A stretch of 63,447 bases of DNA, taken from IMG/VR virus record IMGVR_UViG_3300048583_000179, positions 1-63,447 of that record; one strand, 5' to 3'. Positions within the stretch are counted from its first letter, which is position 1; every line of letters begins with the position of its first letter. The position numbers and the translations under genes are program-made. The notes beneath the pieces were generated by a model. The model searched no databases and had not been told where the DNA came from. It saw only the letters and a list, made by a program, of their open reading frames with translations. Positions 45,026 through 54,472 of this stretch are shown here, piece by piece. Source of the stretch: a virus. Lineage: Duplodnaviria; Caudoviricetes.

Positions 45026-45970
45026 CTAGGACGCGGCTTTCCGCCAGTCATACGTCACCTTGGGTCGCCCCTCGCCGGTTTTGGCTCGCAGGTACTTGTC
45101 AGTTTCGCACAAGCTGTGTTCAATGTCCCGCATTTCTAGAGAACCCGGAATGTGATTACCCAACGGGCTACCGACATCATTGGCCACGGCAAGCAGCCCC
45201 CGCATAAGGGCTAGGGCCGTTTGCTGTCGCAGAGGGGCATCAGCGATGCGCCCTGCCAGTCTATTTAGCCCCCGCAGTGCCCCCGGCCCGGCATTAGCCC
45301 ATGTCATGATGTCTGGAGCATTGCGAAGGTACCGTGTCCACCGAAGGTCGGTGACCACTTCGTAGGCAATGAACGGCCCGAAGCCATTGTAGTTGCGAAA
45401 CCACTTCCAGACCTGCTCCAATGAATATTGGGTGCCGCCATTCACAGCAGGGTCAAACAGTTCATCAAAGTCACGGCTTTCGCCCGCACGAGTGGCGTCC
45501 CAGATTGGCTTCAGCACATGGGTAAAGACGAAGTCTTCCTTTGGCATGCTCTTACCCCCGTTCGTAATGAGGTAGGCATTACCAAAGGTCTTCAGCCCGT
45601 TGGCCTGACGGCCCGTATAGATTGACTTCCATTGGTCGTAGTCAAACTCATCTGGCAGGGCGGTTTCGCGTAGTAGCTGACGCAGCGTACCGGGCCAATT
45701 CGTATTCCGCGCCATGGCGAGTAGAAACCACAGGTTGTGGTGCTTCGCGTAGGGCTTACGAATATTTTCTTCAATCCAGATGGTGACGGTGTCCAGCTCG
45801 CGAAACACGTTGCAGAATCTATAATCGCGGAGAATAGGGTCATCCGTCCACGGACCCGAATTCCCACTCTTCCTCCGTAGGTAGATCTTGTGCCGCTCGT
45901 TGATCCAGTAGAAGAAGGGCTCGGCGTCCAGCTCCCATTCTTCATCGTCTACTGGGATGGTTACTTTCAT
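45026..45970 (-). CDS. 5-hmdU DNA kinase helical-domain protein (aGPT-PPlase1 family)
   Basis: FFYWINERH..Y...GPWTDDPIL..YRFCNVFRELD, GFGPFIAYEVVTDL, GPGALRGL, DIEHSLCETDKY. Confidence 0.88.
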   Translation of the reverse strand: MKVTIPVDDEEWELDAEPFFYWINERHKIYLRRKSGNSGPWTDDPILRDYRFCNVFRELDTVTIWIEENIRKPYAKHHNLWFLLAMARNTNWPGTLRQLLRETALPDEFDYDQWKSIYTGRQANGLKTFGNAYLITNGGKSMPKEDFVFTHVLKPIWDATRAGESRDFDELFDPAVNGGTQYSLEQVWKWFRNYNGFGPFIAYEVVTDLRWTRYLRNAPDIMTWANAGPGALRGLNRLAGRIADAPLRQQTALALMRGLLAVANDVGSPLGNHIPGSLEMRDIEHSLCETDKYLRAKTGEGRPKVTYDWRKAAS

Positions 45971-46242
45971 ATACGAGGCTTTCTTTTAGGGGGCGTTCCA
46001 AGCTGTGTCAGCACTTCGGTCAGTACGGTCAACGCGTCTTTGTGCCGTACTCCATCAGCTACGAGGGCTTCAGTTTCCAGCCACTTTTGTTGAAACATGG
46101 CTGTCGGTATCTTAAAGAGTAGAGGCCGTACCGCATCCAAGCGAGCTTGATTGCACCGTAGACAGTTGTCCACGAGGCAATAGTCATCGCACAAGGCGTT
46201 ACGAAACGCCTCAAGGATTTGGGCCTCCAGGTCCTCTTTCAC
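45967..46242 (-). CDS. Hypothetical protein
   Basis: Coupled ORF inside the modification cluster. Confidence 0.55.
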   Translation of the reverse strand: MKEDLEAQILEAFRNALCDDYCLVDNCLRCNQARLDAVRPLLFKIPTAMFQQKWLETEALVADGVRHKDALTVLTEVLTQLGTPPKRKPRI

Positions 46243-46829
46243 AAACCGAGAAGCTCAATGGTGTGTTCCACTGCCATCTCGTGATTGATCCACACCCACG
46301 GCACCCCGTCGGCCTTGGCTTTCTGTTCGCACCGCAGGACGTCATTGTACATCTTTTCCGTGTTGTGCGTGTTGAACTGGCGGGACTTGCCCTTGTTCTC
46401 ACGGCGGTCGCCTACCCGCTGAATAGCCTTGTCAAGCGGCGTGTCCAGTGCCGCGAGTACCATGCGGCCCGGATACTCGTTCAGGGCCATATCAGCGTAC
46501 CGCTGATAAATGTGGCTAATGAGCAAGCCTTCGAACAGTACCTTGTGCCCCATGGCCCGCAGAGTGCGAACCCTGTCCTGAATGATGTCTTGTGCCCGGC
46601 CCTTCTCAGTAATGCCGTCACAGCCCCCGCAGTCGTTTTGGTAGTCGCCGACGATGGCGAGCTTGGGGGTGGCGGTCATGTACCAGTCGTACTTGATCTT
46701 CTTTTTACCTGCGCTGTTGCCGATGGCCGGAAACTCGGGCTTCATGTCAAACGCTTTGATAAGCTCCGTCATCAGCGTTGACTTGCCGCTGCCACTTGTA
46801 CCACGGATGTTGATGATGTCGTACGGCAC
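46239..46829 (-). CDS. P-loop kinase of thymidine-hypermodification clusters
   Basis: IINIRGTSGSGKST, GDY...CGGCDGI, VLFEGLLIS, LDTP...RV..RR. Confidence 0.85.
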   Translation of the reverse strand: MPYDIINIRGTSGSGKSTLMTELIKAFDMKPEFPAIGNSAGKKKIKYDWYMTATPKLAIVGDYQNDCGGCDGITEKGRAQDIIQDRVRTLRAMGHKVLFEGLLISHIYQRYADMALNEYPGRMVLAALDTPLDKAIQRVGDRRENKGKSRQFNTHNTEKMYNDVLRCEQKAKADGVPWVWINHEMAVEHTIELLGL

Positions 46830-46915
46830 GACCCCCTCCTCGTTGAATGAAGTACAGGGTGCCCCACTAGTAGAGCACCCTGCACCCGCTTCGCTCCGCC
46901 CTGATGAGGCGTGGC

Positions 46916-47704
46916 TTACTCGGCCGTGGCTTCGCCGGAGTCATCAGCACCGACAGCCGCCTTGGCCTTCTTAGCCTTCTTTGGCTTGGCAGCCTTCGGT
47001 TCCGCGCCCTCCTCGGCCTCAGCAGCCTTCGCCTTCGGCGGCTTCGGCGGCTCGGGGATCACGTGCTCCAGCGGGGCACGGAGGCCCGTGGGCAGCACGA
47101 GCTGATAGTACACCCGGCCATCCACGATGCTGGACTTGATGCCGTAGCCGTGCACCTTGTAGACGCGGCCCGACAGAGCGCGGCCCTTGCGCTCCAGCGC
47201 CGACTTCAGGTCATCCGCGAAGACACCCGCGTACAGCAGGTCGATCATGTGAGCGATCTTGCTGCCCTGCCGCGCCGCCTTGATCTGGTCCAGCGCCTTC
47301 GGCTCGATCTGCGTCAGGTGCGGGCCACGGGGCGTCGCCTCCGCGCCCTCCGCCTTCGGCTTACGGTTGCGCTTCTTCTTGCCGCCCTCTTCCACGGCCT
47401 CGGTCGCCTCGTTGCTCTCGCTTGCACTCATGTTGTACACCGCTCCGTATCCCGCCATAATGGCGTTTTCGTGTGAAGTGAACCGCTTGATCTTGATCGT
47501 GTGCGTGTGGTTGAACGCACCCAGCAGAATTGACATGGGCACTTCTTCCAAGTGCTCACGGTTACGCTGCCAGAGAATCCACCGACCCTCCTTGGGATTA
47601 TGGGTTGTGACGCGAGCGTCTGGCGGCACTCGCGTCACCCGGAACTTGCCTTCCGGGATGCGCTCAATGAGCAATGACGTGTGAGTTGCTGGATACTGAA
47701 CCAT
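46916..47704 (-). CDS. Putative DNA-binding protein with Lys/Ala-rich tail
   Basis: wHTH-like core (RQGSKIAHMIDLL...HGYGIKS); PKKAKKAK tail; CTAACAGAGGGGT leader. Confidence 0.6.
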   Translation of the reverse strand: MVQYPATHTSLLIERIPEGKFRVTRVPPDARVTTHNPKEGRWILWQRNREHLEEVPMSILLGAFNHTHTIKIKRFTSHENAIMAGYGAVYNMSASESNEATEAVEEGGKKKRNRKPKAEGAEATPRGPHLTQIEPKALDQIKAARQGSKIAHMIDLLYAGVFADDLKSALERKGRALSGRVYKVHGYGIKSSIVDGRVYYQLVLPTGLRAPLEHVIPEPPKPPKAKAAEAEEGAEPKAAKPKKAKKAKAAVGADDSGEATAE

Positions 47705-47776
47705 CGTTACGTGTACCCCTCTGTTAGAAAGCCCTTGGCTTCTAGCTACTGAAACGTCGGCACCACCTACCCCACT

Positions 47777-47805
47777 AATATAGCTCCGGGTGACAATACA
47801 GGCAA
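47777..47805 (-). promoter_or_regulatory. sigma70-like promoter TTGCCT-N17-TATATT driving the modification cluster
   Basis: Near consensus; -35 box inside the 47797-47828 inverted repeat. Confidence 0.7.
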
Positions 47806-47831
47806 GGGGGAGTTTTCCCTTGCCTGTACAG

Positions 47832-48275
47832 TTAGGCCGGACTAATGAAGCAAGTCAGGGTGATTTGCTTGGCTGAGCCAGTGTAGCTTTCCAGCACGCC
47901 CATGATCAAATCGCCTTCGGCAACTGCCGTGGTGATATCGGTCATTACCGATGAATCGTAGGCCACATCGGCGGTGAGGTTGGGCTTGGTTGAGCCAACC
48001 CCAAAGATGCTGACGCCATTCTTTAGAATGTCAAACTGGGCGTCACAGGCTACGTCAGCATCAACCATAAAGCGGGAGAAGCTGCCCGCCCCATTGGCAC
48101 GAACGCGACTTGCTTGACCGGGAACGAGCACCCCGGCATAGTAGGCATCACCCCATTCAAAGACAGCGGCGAACTTGCGCGTGCCTACCCCGGTCGCGCC
48201 TTGCGGGCCAACGGCAGCGACGGTGATAGCAACCGCTGCCGGAACCTGAGTTACAATCGTAATGGGATCGCTCAT
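47832..48275 (-). CDS. Putative virion fibre-associated protein
   Basis: VGPQGATG collagen-like start; FDILKNGVSIF...KP...AVAEGD domain typical of phage fibres. Confidence 0.55.
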   Translation of the reverse strand: MSDPITIVTQVPAAVAITVAAVGPQGATGVGTRKFAAVFEWGDAYYAGVLVPGQASRVRANGAGSFSRFMVDADVACDAQFDILKNGVSIFGVGSTKPNLTADVAYDSSVMTDITTAVAEGDLIMGVLESYTGSAKQITLTCFISPA

Positions 48276-48628
48276 GGCCGGGTCACGTCCTTGGTGAGCT
48301 TGATCTTGCCCGCCATGAGAGTGCGCTTTTCTGAGCCGTTGAGGTACTGGACGTCCCAGTACATAGGCTTCTTTGGAAGACCCTGCGTTTGCGTGGCGGT
48401 CAGGCCCAGAGTGAACTTGCCCGCCGGACCATCGGTGATAGTGGTAGTGAAGGTTTCCAGCGCCGGGTCATCCGCATCCTGCTTCAAGCGAACCTGAGCA
48501 GTGATGTTGTAGCCTGTGATGTTGACCGGGGTTGCCGCAGGTTGTTCCCAAATGAATTCCTGCAGGAACGTATCGCCCCTATAGATGGCCAAGTCAACTG
48601 AGGCGGGCAACAGCTCAATCAGCGTCAT
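48272..48628 (-). CDS. BppU-N-like fibre anchor protein
   Basis: DLAIYRGDTF...NITGY...AQVR...GKFTLGLTATQT...YWDVQ...GKIKLTKDVTR. Confidence 0.65.
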   Translation of the reverse strand: MTLIELLPASVDLAIYRGDTFLQEFIWEQPAATPVNITGYNITAQVRLKQDADDPALETFTTTITDGPAGKFTLGLTATQTQGLPKKPMYWDVQYLNGSEKRTLMAGKIKLTKDVTRP

Positions 48629-48779
48629 TGGGCTCTTTCTCCTTTGTGATGTAGCTGTCGTCGTCCAGTATGTCAGCCAACATACAGCCTGTGCTGCAAT
48701 GCTGAAAGCCTAGATAGGCTTCGATGACCTTGCCACAGGTGAGACAAATGTAGTCACCATCCTCATCGCGTTGCAACAT
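48615..48779 (-). CDS. Small Cys-rich protein
   Basis: CLTCGK...HCSTGC; GGGGT RBS. Confidence 0.45.
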   Translation of the reverse strand: MLQRDEDGDYICLTCGKVIEAYLGFQHCSTGCMLADILDDDSYITKEKEPNDAD

Positions 48780-48789
48780 CTGACCCCCA

Positions 48790-50268
48790 TTAGTTGAAGC
48801 TCCAGAAGTAGCGGGTTTGGGGATCCACGATAAAGAGCTCTTCGCGGGCACGGGTTGCTGCGACATACTGCACTCTTAGTTCAGCGTCGGGGTCGGTTAT
48901 GGCCCCTTGTGCCACCCGAGCCCCAATGTCGGTAATGATGGCCACCTTGTCGGCCTGAGCCCCCTTTACGCTGTGAGCCGTGCCAATGCGCACCCGGCCC
49001 GGTTCGCTTAGACTTTCGCCAGACTTACGCAGAAGCCGAATATATTCACGGTCGCTGCTGCTCATGGCGGTGAGCCCTTCCATCCAGTTGGGGCGGGCGT
49101 CGCCACTAAACAAGTTGGTCCAGACGACAACATCTGGCAAGGTGTCGGCATGAACAGGGTGGCGGGTTACGAAGCTGAGGATGTTGCGCGCCTCAACCTT
49201 AGACACTTGCTTGCCGTTTCGAAGGCGTTCATATGCGAGGGCTGCCTTGACCGCAGGGCTGCTCCAAGACCAACGTCCGTCGGACAGCGAATAAACAACC
49301 CCCTGTGATCTGGCCACTTCTCTAAGCGCGTCAAGCTGATAGTTATTTCGGGCGATAAGGAGCCATGTTGATCTTCCTCGTAGGTCAAGGTAATCAACAT
49401 TGGGAATATAAGATACGCTTCCTTCTTCAGCACGAGCGGCGTATTGTTTTGGTACTCGTGATTGAATTCCACTAGAGATTCGATCGGCAAGTTCCTTAAC
49501 ACGCGCTGGAAGACGGTGAGACACCGGGAGCACAGTCCGTGTTCCTTTGATCCGCCACAGCATTTCAGTATCCGCTCCACTCCATCCGTAAACCGCTTGA
49601 TCGTCGTCTCCTGCGAGGTGAACGTACTCGGCATCTTTACTTACTCCACGCAACAGGTTCCACTGGGCACTATTCGTATCCTGTGCCTCGTCAACAATGA
49701 GCACTTTAACCCCACTCAAGGTGCGCGTTCTAGCCTCGTCAATCATGTCGCAGAAGTCTACCAGCCCGTTGACTTCTTTGAACCGGGCGTACTTGATAGC
49801 CACATGGTTGAGTACTTCCCAAGATAGGTTATCAAGGTTGGCCCGCTGCCACTCTTCGCGCAGGGGCGTTGCCCGGTTCTTGGCATTGTTAATCAGCGTC
49901 AGGCACTTGTCGCCAACGGTGCCCTCCCACGGTTGGCCCTCTTGGTTTGGCCCCATCTTAAAGTCAAGGCCCGCCTGTTCACCAAAGATGGCAAGGTGCT
50001 TCTGGCCAAATACATCTTCTCGGCTTAGGCCAAGCAGGTGATAGGCAGTGGCGTGGATCGTACGGAAGTGAACAAAAGAATCAGCCGAGTAGCTTGGAAA
50101 CGCCTCGCGGGCGCGCGTCACCGCTTCTAGTACCGCCCGTCGGCTGAAGCTTACGAAGGCGATTTGCTCCGGGGCGTACCCTTTGGACAGGTAGCCCTCA
50201 AGTGTACGTAGCAGGTACTCGGTCTTACCTGTACCCGGTGGGCCGTAGATAATTTCAGTTTGCCGCAT
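48790..50268 (-). CDS. UvrD/Rep-family helicase
   Basis: YGPPGTGKT, RTIH, VDEAQD, AGDDDQAVY, HSVKG, YVAATRA. Confidence 0.92.
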   Translation of the reverse strand: MRQTEIIYGPPGTGKTEYLLRTLEGYLSKGYAPEQIAFVSFSRRAVLEAVTRAREAFPSYSADSFVHFRTIHATAYHLLGLSREDVFGQKHLAIFGEQAGLDFKMGPNQEGQPWEGTVGDKCLTLINNAKNRATPLREEWQRANLDNLSWEVLNHVAIKYARFKEVNGLVDFCDMIDEARTRTLSGVKVLIVDEAQDTNSAQWNLLRGVSKDAEYVHLAGDDDQAVYGWSGADTEMLWRIKGTRTVLPVSHRLPARVKELADRISSGIQSRVPKQYAARAEEGSVSYIPNVDYLDLRGRSTWLLIARNNYQLDALREVARSQGVVYSLSDGRWSWSSPAVKAALAYERLRNGKQVSKVEARNILSFVTRHPVHADTLPDVVVWTNLFSGDARPNWMEGLTAMSSSDREYIRLLRKSGESLSEPGRVRIGTAHSVKGAQADKVAIITDIGARVAQGAITDPDAELRVQYVAATRAREELFIVDPQTRYFWSFN

Positions 50269-50726
50269 CACTTAAACCTCTTCTGCCGTGCGGCATTGAC
50301 AGCGGTCGTGTAGACCGGGTCGTTTTCTAGGTACCTACGCACCTGATCCATTTTGCCCGTGACGGGGTACTTGGTGAGCACGGCTCCATAATCGCCATAC
50401 CACCCTTTCCCAGTCATAACCGAATAGGCGGTGAAGTCTGGAAGCCCTATCAGGGCAACCACAGGCGCACCTGTCTTTTCCGACAGGCGTCGCGCTTTTT
50501 CGTATGCGTCACCGCCCATGTGTTCCGGGGTTGGCTTCACTTCCGCATAGCAGCGAAAGTCCTCAAGCCAGAAGTCAGGTATGTAAGTGAGGTCGCCTAG
50601 GTCAAAGGGTTCCGGCTCGTAGGTGTACCGCAGCTTCATAGCGGTAAAGAATATCGCCCATCGGGCCTCTAGCCGACTACGAAACTTGGTGCCCCGATAC
50701 ACAGTCGGGATAGCTTCCAGTGCCAT
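50268..50726 (-). CDS. PD-(D/E)XK nuclease
   Basis: YRGTKFRSRLEARWA...YEPE...YIPDF...EVKP. Confidence 0.8.
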   Translation of the reverse strand: MALEAIPTVYRGTKFRSRLEARWAIFFTAMKLRYTYEPEPFDLGDLTYIPDFWLEDFRCYAEVKPTPEHMGGDAYEKARRLSEKTGAPVVALIGLPDFTAYSVMTGKGWYGDYGAVLTKYPVTGKMDQVRRYLENDPVYTTAVNAARQKRFK

Positions 50727-50729
50727 TGC

Positions 50730-52286
50730 CTAGAACTCCTCGGTTGGCTTGGCTGCCGCCACCTTGGGCTTAGACTCAAGCACTACTGGGTCTTCTACTT
50801 TAACCCCCCAGACGTTGACACCCTTGCCCGCCACATTCCAAAACTTCTTTTCCGAGCCGCGCTGATGCAGCAACAGCGACACGGCTTGTTGATTCTTATA
50901 GCTGATGCGGTGGTTGTCAAGGAAGGTGTACAAGTCAGTGATACGAAACCAGACAACATTGCCGTCACGGTACGGCTTGCCGCCAACGAAAATCTCTTCA
51001 CGGCTTGCGGCGTACACCTTCTGTGTACAGAACTTAATGATCCATTCCCAAAGCTGCCCGGTGGGACTAGCCTCTTCCGGCATCTGCACGATGTCGGCGG
51101 TTGGCACGATACGGTTCAAGTACGACAACCACTTCTTGGGCGTCATAGCTGGAAACGGCACGATGCCAATCTGTGACATGCATTGCTTGTTGAACTCGTC
51201 CTTGCCGTAAAACTGCGCCGTGTTCATCTGCACCCGCTTGCCGTCAATTTCCATGGTCCAGATTGGCTCTTCACCGGGGCCATGGTCGTAGCGGGTCAAC
51301 GCCTGTATCTCGTACTCGCGATAGGCGTCCTCGTCGTTGCCAATGTCACCGATCCCAAACTGGCGAGCGAGACATGCGCTTCTTTGGCAGTACGAATTGA
51401 TGGGGGGCAGCTTGCAGCGATAGGTGTAACTCTTACGGCTGACCGACTTCTTCAAGTGCTCAATTTCTTCTGAGCCCAGCTTGGCCATCGCCGTATTGTA
51501 CTGATCGACTTGGTCTTTCCAGCTGTCCGGGTACCGCTTCTTCAGGTACACTACAACGTTGAACATGCCGTCATTGCGCGTGCCTTCAACGAAACCGCCT
51601 TGTGCTTCAAGCTGCTGAAGGCAGGGTGGCCCTTCGTAGAACAGGTCACTTGTCTGCACAATCCACGACTTCATTAGCTTGGCGGGCGGCACCCGTGCCG
51701 CTTGGGCGGCAGTAAGGAACTGCGCCAGCGACGCCGGGCGACCGTCTATTACGGCATAGCGCTCCGTAGCATACGCCTTATGGTACGGCAGGTTGATATA
51801 GTTTCCAATGTCGTCTTCGTTGAAGCGACTGGTCTGCTTTGGAAACTTTTCCGTCTTGCTGGACATGCCCAACATGGCCGACCACTCAGTCAGCCTGTCC
51901 TGCATTACACGGGCGGGAACAGGGTCGGTGCAAAAGCAGTAGAAGTGACCGCCGCCGCTCTTACTGCGACACAGCACAAGCGGCAGACCCTTTTCTTTAA
52001 TGGTCTGTTCTGCCTTCACGTGATCCATGCGTGGGTTATCGTAGTCAATTGCGCCGAACATGACCGTGTCATCTTCGCGCAACATGATAATCCCAATGGT
52101 CGGACCCGTGCCGTCAAGATGTGCTACAAAGTGATCGTGTTGTACTTGACCACGAACGACACGGTTTTTGGTTTCTACTTTCCCGGCTTTGGTGAGCTGC
52201 CCGGTCAGCTTTGTTTCGCCGTATGCCTTAGTGTATCCGTCGAACAGGGCCGCGAAGCGGCGAACATCCAGTTCGTCCAATTGCAT
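50730..52286 (-). CDS. Archaeo-eukaryotic-type primase / replication protein
   Basis: FGAIDYD, RSKSGGGH, GNYINLPY, GPPCL...GTRND (PriCT-like). Confidence 0.85.
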   Translation of the reverse strand: MQLDELDVRRFAALFDGYTKAYGETKLTGQLTKAGKVETKNRVVRGQVQHDHFVAHLDGTGPTIGIIMLREDDTVMFGAIDYDNPRMDHVKAEQTIKEKGLPLVLCRSKSGGGHFYCFCTDPVPARVMQDRLTEWSAMLGMSSKTEKFPKQTSRFNEDDIGNYINLPYHKAYATERYAVIDGRPASLAQFLTAAQAARVPPAKLMKSWIVQTSDLFYEGPPCLQQLEAQGGFVEGTRNDGMFNVVVYLKKRYPDSWKDQVDQYNTAMAKLGSEEIEHLKKSVSRKSYTYRCKLPPINSYCQRSACLARQFGIGDIGNDEDAYREYEIQALTRYDHGPGEEPIWTMEIDGKRVQMNTAQFYGKDEFNKQCMSQIGIVPFPAMTPKKWLSYLNRIVPTADIVQMPEEASPTGQLWEWIIKFCTQKVYAASREEIFVGGKPYRDGNVVWFRITDLYTFLDNHRISYKNQQAVSLLLHQRGSEKKFWNVAGKGVNVWGVKVEDPVVLESKPKVAAAKPTEEF

Positions 52287-52370
52287 GGTGAAGCCGCATA
52301 GAATTTTATGGGGGTGCAGACCCCCCGGCCCTTGCGAACCGGGGGGCTGTACGAAGCTGAACTGAAGGTG

Positions 52371-53219
52371 TTAGAATGCCTTGTCGGACACAACTTCGGC
52401 CTTGGCCTCGGCCTCGAACTCTTCCAGCTTAACCTTGGCCCGGCCCGCCGTGACCAGATCCCGGAACTCGCGGGCGGCGAGGTAGGTGTTGCCTCCGTTG
52501 GGAAGCGTGACCAGATCCGGGCCGTACTCGATCTTGACACCCATCCAGCTGCCCTGATCGTTGCTCTCGGGCACCGTGGTGAAGCGGTACGCCTTGTAGA
52601 ACGGTGCCGGGCGGAAGGGCACCCCGGTCGTGGGGTGCCCGATTTGCAAGGTGCTGATCAGGCTGTTGAAACGGCGGGACTTCTTGAGCTGCGACCCGTA
52701 CAGGTTGACCACGACTTGGCTGAACCCACCATTGTCGTTGACAATGAAGCCGTAGTACATACCGGACTGCACGAGGTGATTGCCGTTGGGCAACACGAGC
52801 TTGCCCTTGTCGTCGCGGGTGGCCGACTTCATAACGCTGTCGTCCATGCCGTGGTCCTTCACCAGACCGCCGCCCGTATCGCGCGGACGCCACTCGGTGT
52901 AGGACGGGCGGAACGCGCACGGCACGAAGAGGAAGCCCGTCTCCCCCTTCCAGTGCTCCATGGTCACGTTGTTGAAGAAGTCACCCTCTTCCAGCCCCTG
53001 AATGTACTCCGCTGCCCGCTTGTCAATCTGCGGGGACATCTTCTGGGCCACCTTCACAAACGGGATGGCCACATCCTCGGCCCTAAACCCAAGATCCTGC
53101 TGCGCATCCTCCATCAGCAGCGAGGGGTCCAGCGCCGCCGCGAGGGCGGTTGTCTGCGAGGCTCCCGGTGCCGCCACAGCCGTTCCGGGTGTCTTGGCGG
53201 AATCAGCCTTGCTTGCCAT
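52371..53219 (-). CDS. Putative ssDNA-binding protein
   Basis: DVAIPFVKVAQKMSPQ, EWRPR..GGG, SQLKKSRRFN, ESNDQGSW; acidic C-terminus ending in F. Confidence 0.7.
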   Translation of the reverse strand: MASKADSAKTPGTAVAAPGASQTTALAAALDPSLLMEDAQQDLGFRAEDVAIPFVKVAQKMSPQIDKRAAEYIQGLEEGDFFNNVTMEHWKGETGFLFVPCAFRPSYTEWRPRDTGGGLVKDHGMDDSVMKSATRDDKGKLVLPNGNHLVQSGMYYGFIVNDNGGFSQVVVNLYGSQLKKSRRFNSLISTLQIGHPTTGVPFRPAPFYKAYRFTTVPESNDQGSWMGVKIEYGPDLVTLPNGGNTYLAAREFRDLVTAGRAKVKLEEFEAEAKAEVVSDKAF

Positions 53220-53245
53220 GATTTGCTCCTTGAGCGTTTGGTTGG

Positions 53246-53809
53246 CTACTCTTCATCATCAGTGGTTGTTTGGCCCGCGACTACGGCCCGCTGCCCCACA
53301 AAGATGTGAAGCAGGTCGTGGGGCAGGTCAGCCCCGGTGGGAACGACCTTCTTAACCCATGCCTTCAGGGTAGAAGGATGAACACCTTCCTTGACGGTGG
53401 TGCGGCCTCCGCGATTTTCTGCGATGGCGGCGAGGCCCATGGCCTCCGACCGCATTTCACGGTCAAACGCTGCTTCCACCGTGTACTTGATGAGGTTACC
53501 GTGGCCGTTGTCCAACAGCCACTTCATTGCATCGGCATGGCCCGCCTTGGGAATGCGGGCGCTGACAATGTTTTCCAGGTTGACGGTGCTGCCGCCGATG
53601 GTTACCGTGTGAATGTTATCGGCAAGCATGGCCCCCGGCAGCGTCACTTCCTGTAGCTCGCGCAGCTTTGCCTTGGCTTCCTTCAGCTTGGCTTCCTGCT
53701 CGGCCACATACTGCACTCCCTTGATTACGCGCACCGCGAGATCCAGCGTCGCCTTACTGGCGTGGCCCTTGCTGTCTGCTGCGAAGTCAATCGTAGCACT
53801 GTTAGTCAT
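53246..53809 (-). CDS. Conserved replication-module protein
   Basis: WLLDNGHGNLIK...VHPSTLKAWVK motif. Confidence 0.7.
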   Translation of the reverse strand: MTNSATIDFAADSKGHASKATLDLAVRVIKGVQYVAEQEAKLKEAKAKLRELQEVTLPGAMLADNIHTVTIGGSTVNLENIVSARIPKAGHADAMKWLLDNGHGNLIKYTVEAAFDREMRSEAMGLAAIAENRGGRTTVKEGVHPSTLKAWVKKVVPTGADLPHDLLHIFVGQRAVVAGQTTTDDEE

Positions 53810-54198
53810 GATGCCGCCTGTTGAATTCCTGAGTAAATGGTCATCCAGACTGGGTTGTACTTCGCCCCGATGTCGGTACGCTGCCCGTTCGGTAGCTTAG
53901 GTCGATCGTACTTCAGCCACCGCACCCGCTGTACGCCTCGGCGTTCCAGCACGATACCTGCCATGAGGGCGGCAAGGCTGTCACCACCTGCCCACACGAG
54001 GTAGTCCACCTCGGGGTCAAACGCTTCCAACCGATCAATGACAATCTGCAAACACTTGTCCGGTCGCTGGCTTGGCGTATCGCCTGAGCGGATAACGGTT
54101 ACTACTTCACCGTATTCATCCAGCTTGTCCAGCTTGGGCGTCCGACCATTACGATCCACGGTCGGTTGTGCAATGAGGTACACCTTCGGCTTGCGCAT
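53806..54198 (-). CDS. Conserved hypothetical protein
   Basis: PKVY...EYGEV...FDPEVDYLVWAGGD...WLKYDR; start re-called. Confidence 0.65.
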   Translation of the reverse strand: MRKPKVYLIAQPTVDRNGRTPKLDKLDEYGEVVTVIRSGDTPSQRPDKCLQIVIDRLEAFDPEVDYLVWAGGDSLAALMAGIVLERRGVQRVRWLKYDRPKLPNGQRTDIGAKYNPVWMTIYSGIQQAAS

Positions 54199-54265
54199 AA
54201 CTTGTGACCCTGTTCCGGTTACTGCCGCATACAAGGTAGCACTCACCCCCCTTTCGCGTAAGGTG

Positions 54266-54472
54266 TTAGACATCACCGGGCCTCTTCTTGGCCAGTAGGT
54301 TGTCCTTGTACCACTCCAGCTTCCTTGACAACGGGTTCCATACTTGAACAGCGTCGGCAGTAAACCCGTTGATGTCTACCTGAATCCAGCCGTCCAGCCA
54401 CAACCTGTCGCCTAGCTTCATGCCGTTGCGGGCTACGAGCTCCGTCCTACCGCACTTCGGGCAATTGTTCAT
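54266..54472 (-). CDS. Hypothetical protein
   Basis: CPKC N-terminus; coupled start. Confidence 0.5.
   Translation of the reverse strand: MNNCPKCGRTELVARNGMKLGDRLWLDGWIQVDINGFTADAVQVWNPLSRKLEWYKDNLLAKKRPGDV

Noticed and set aside
41060-46829. 7-deazaguanine, 2-aminoadenine or DNA-methyltransferase system as the cause of GA avoidance
   Set aside because: No dpdA/folE/queC, purZ or methyltransferase motifs recognised; only the thymidine pathway is evident
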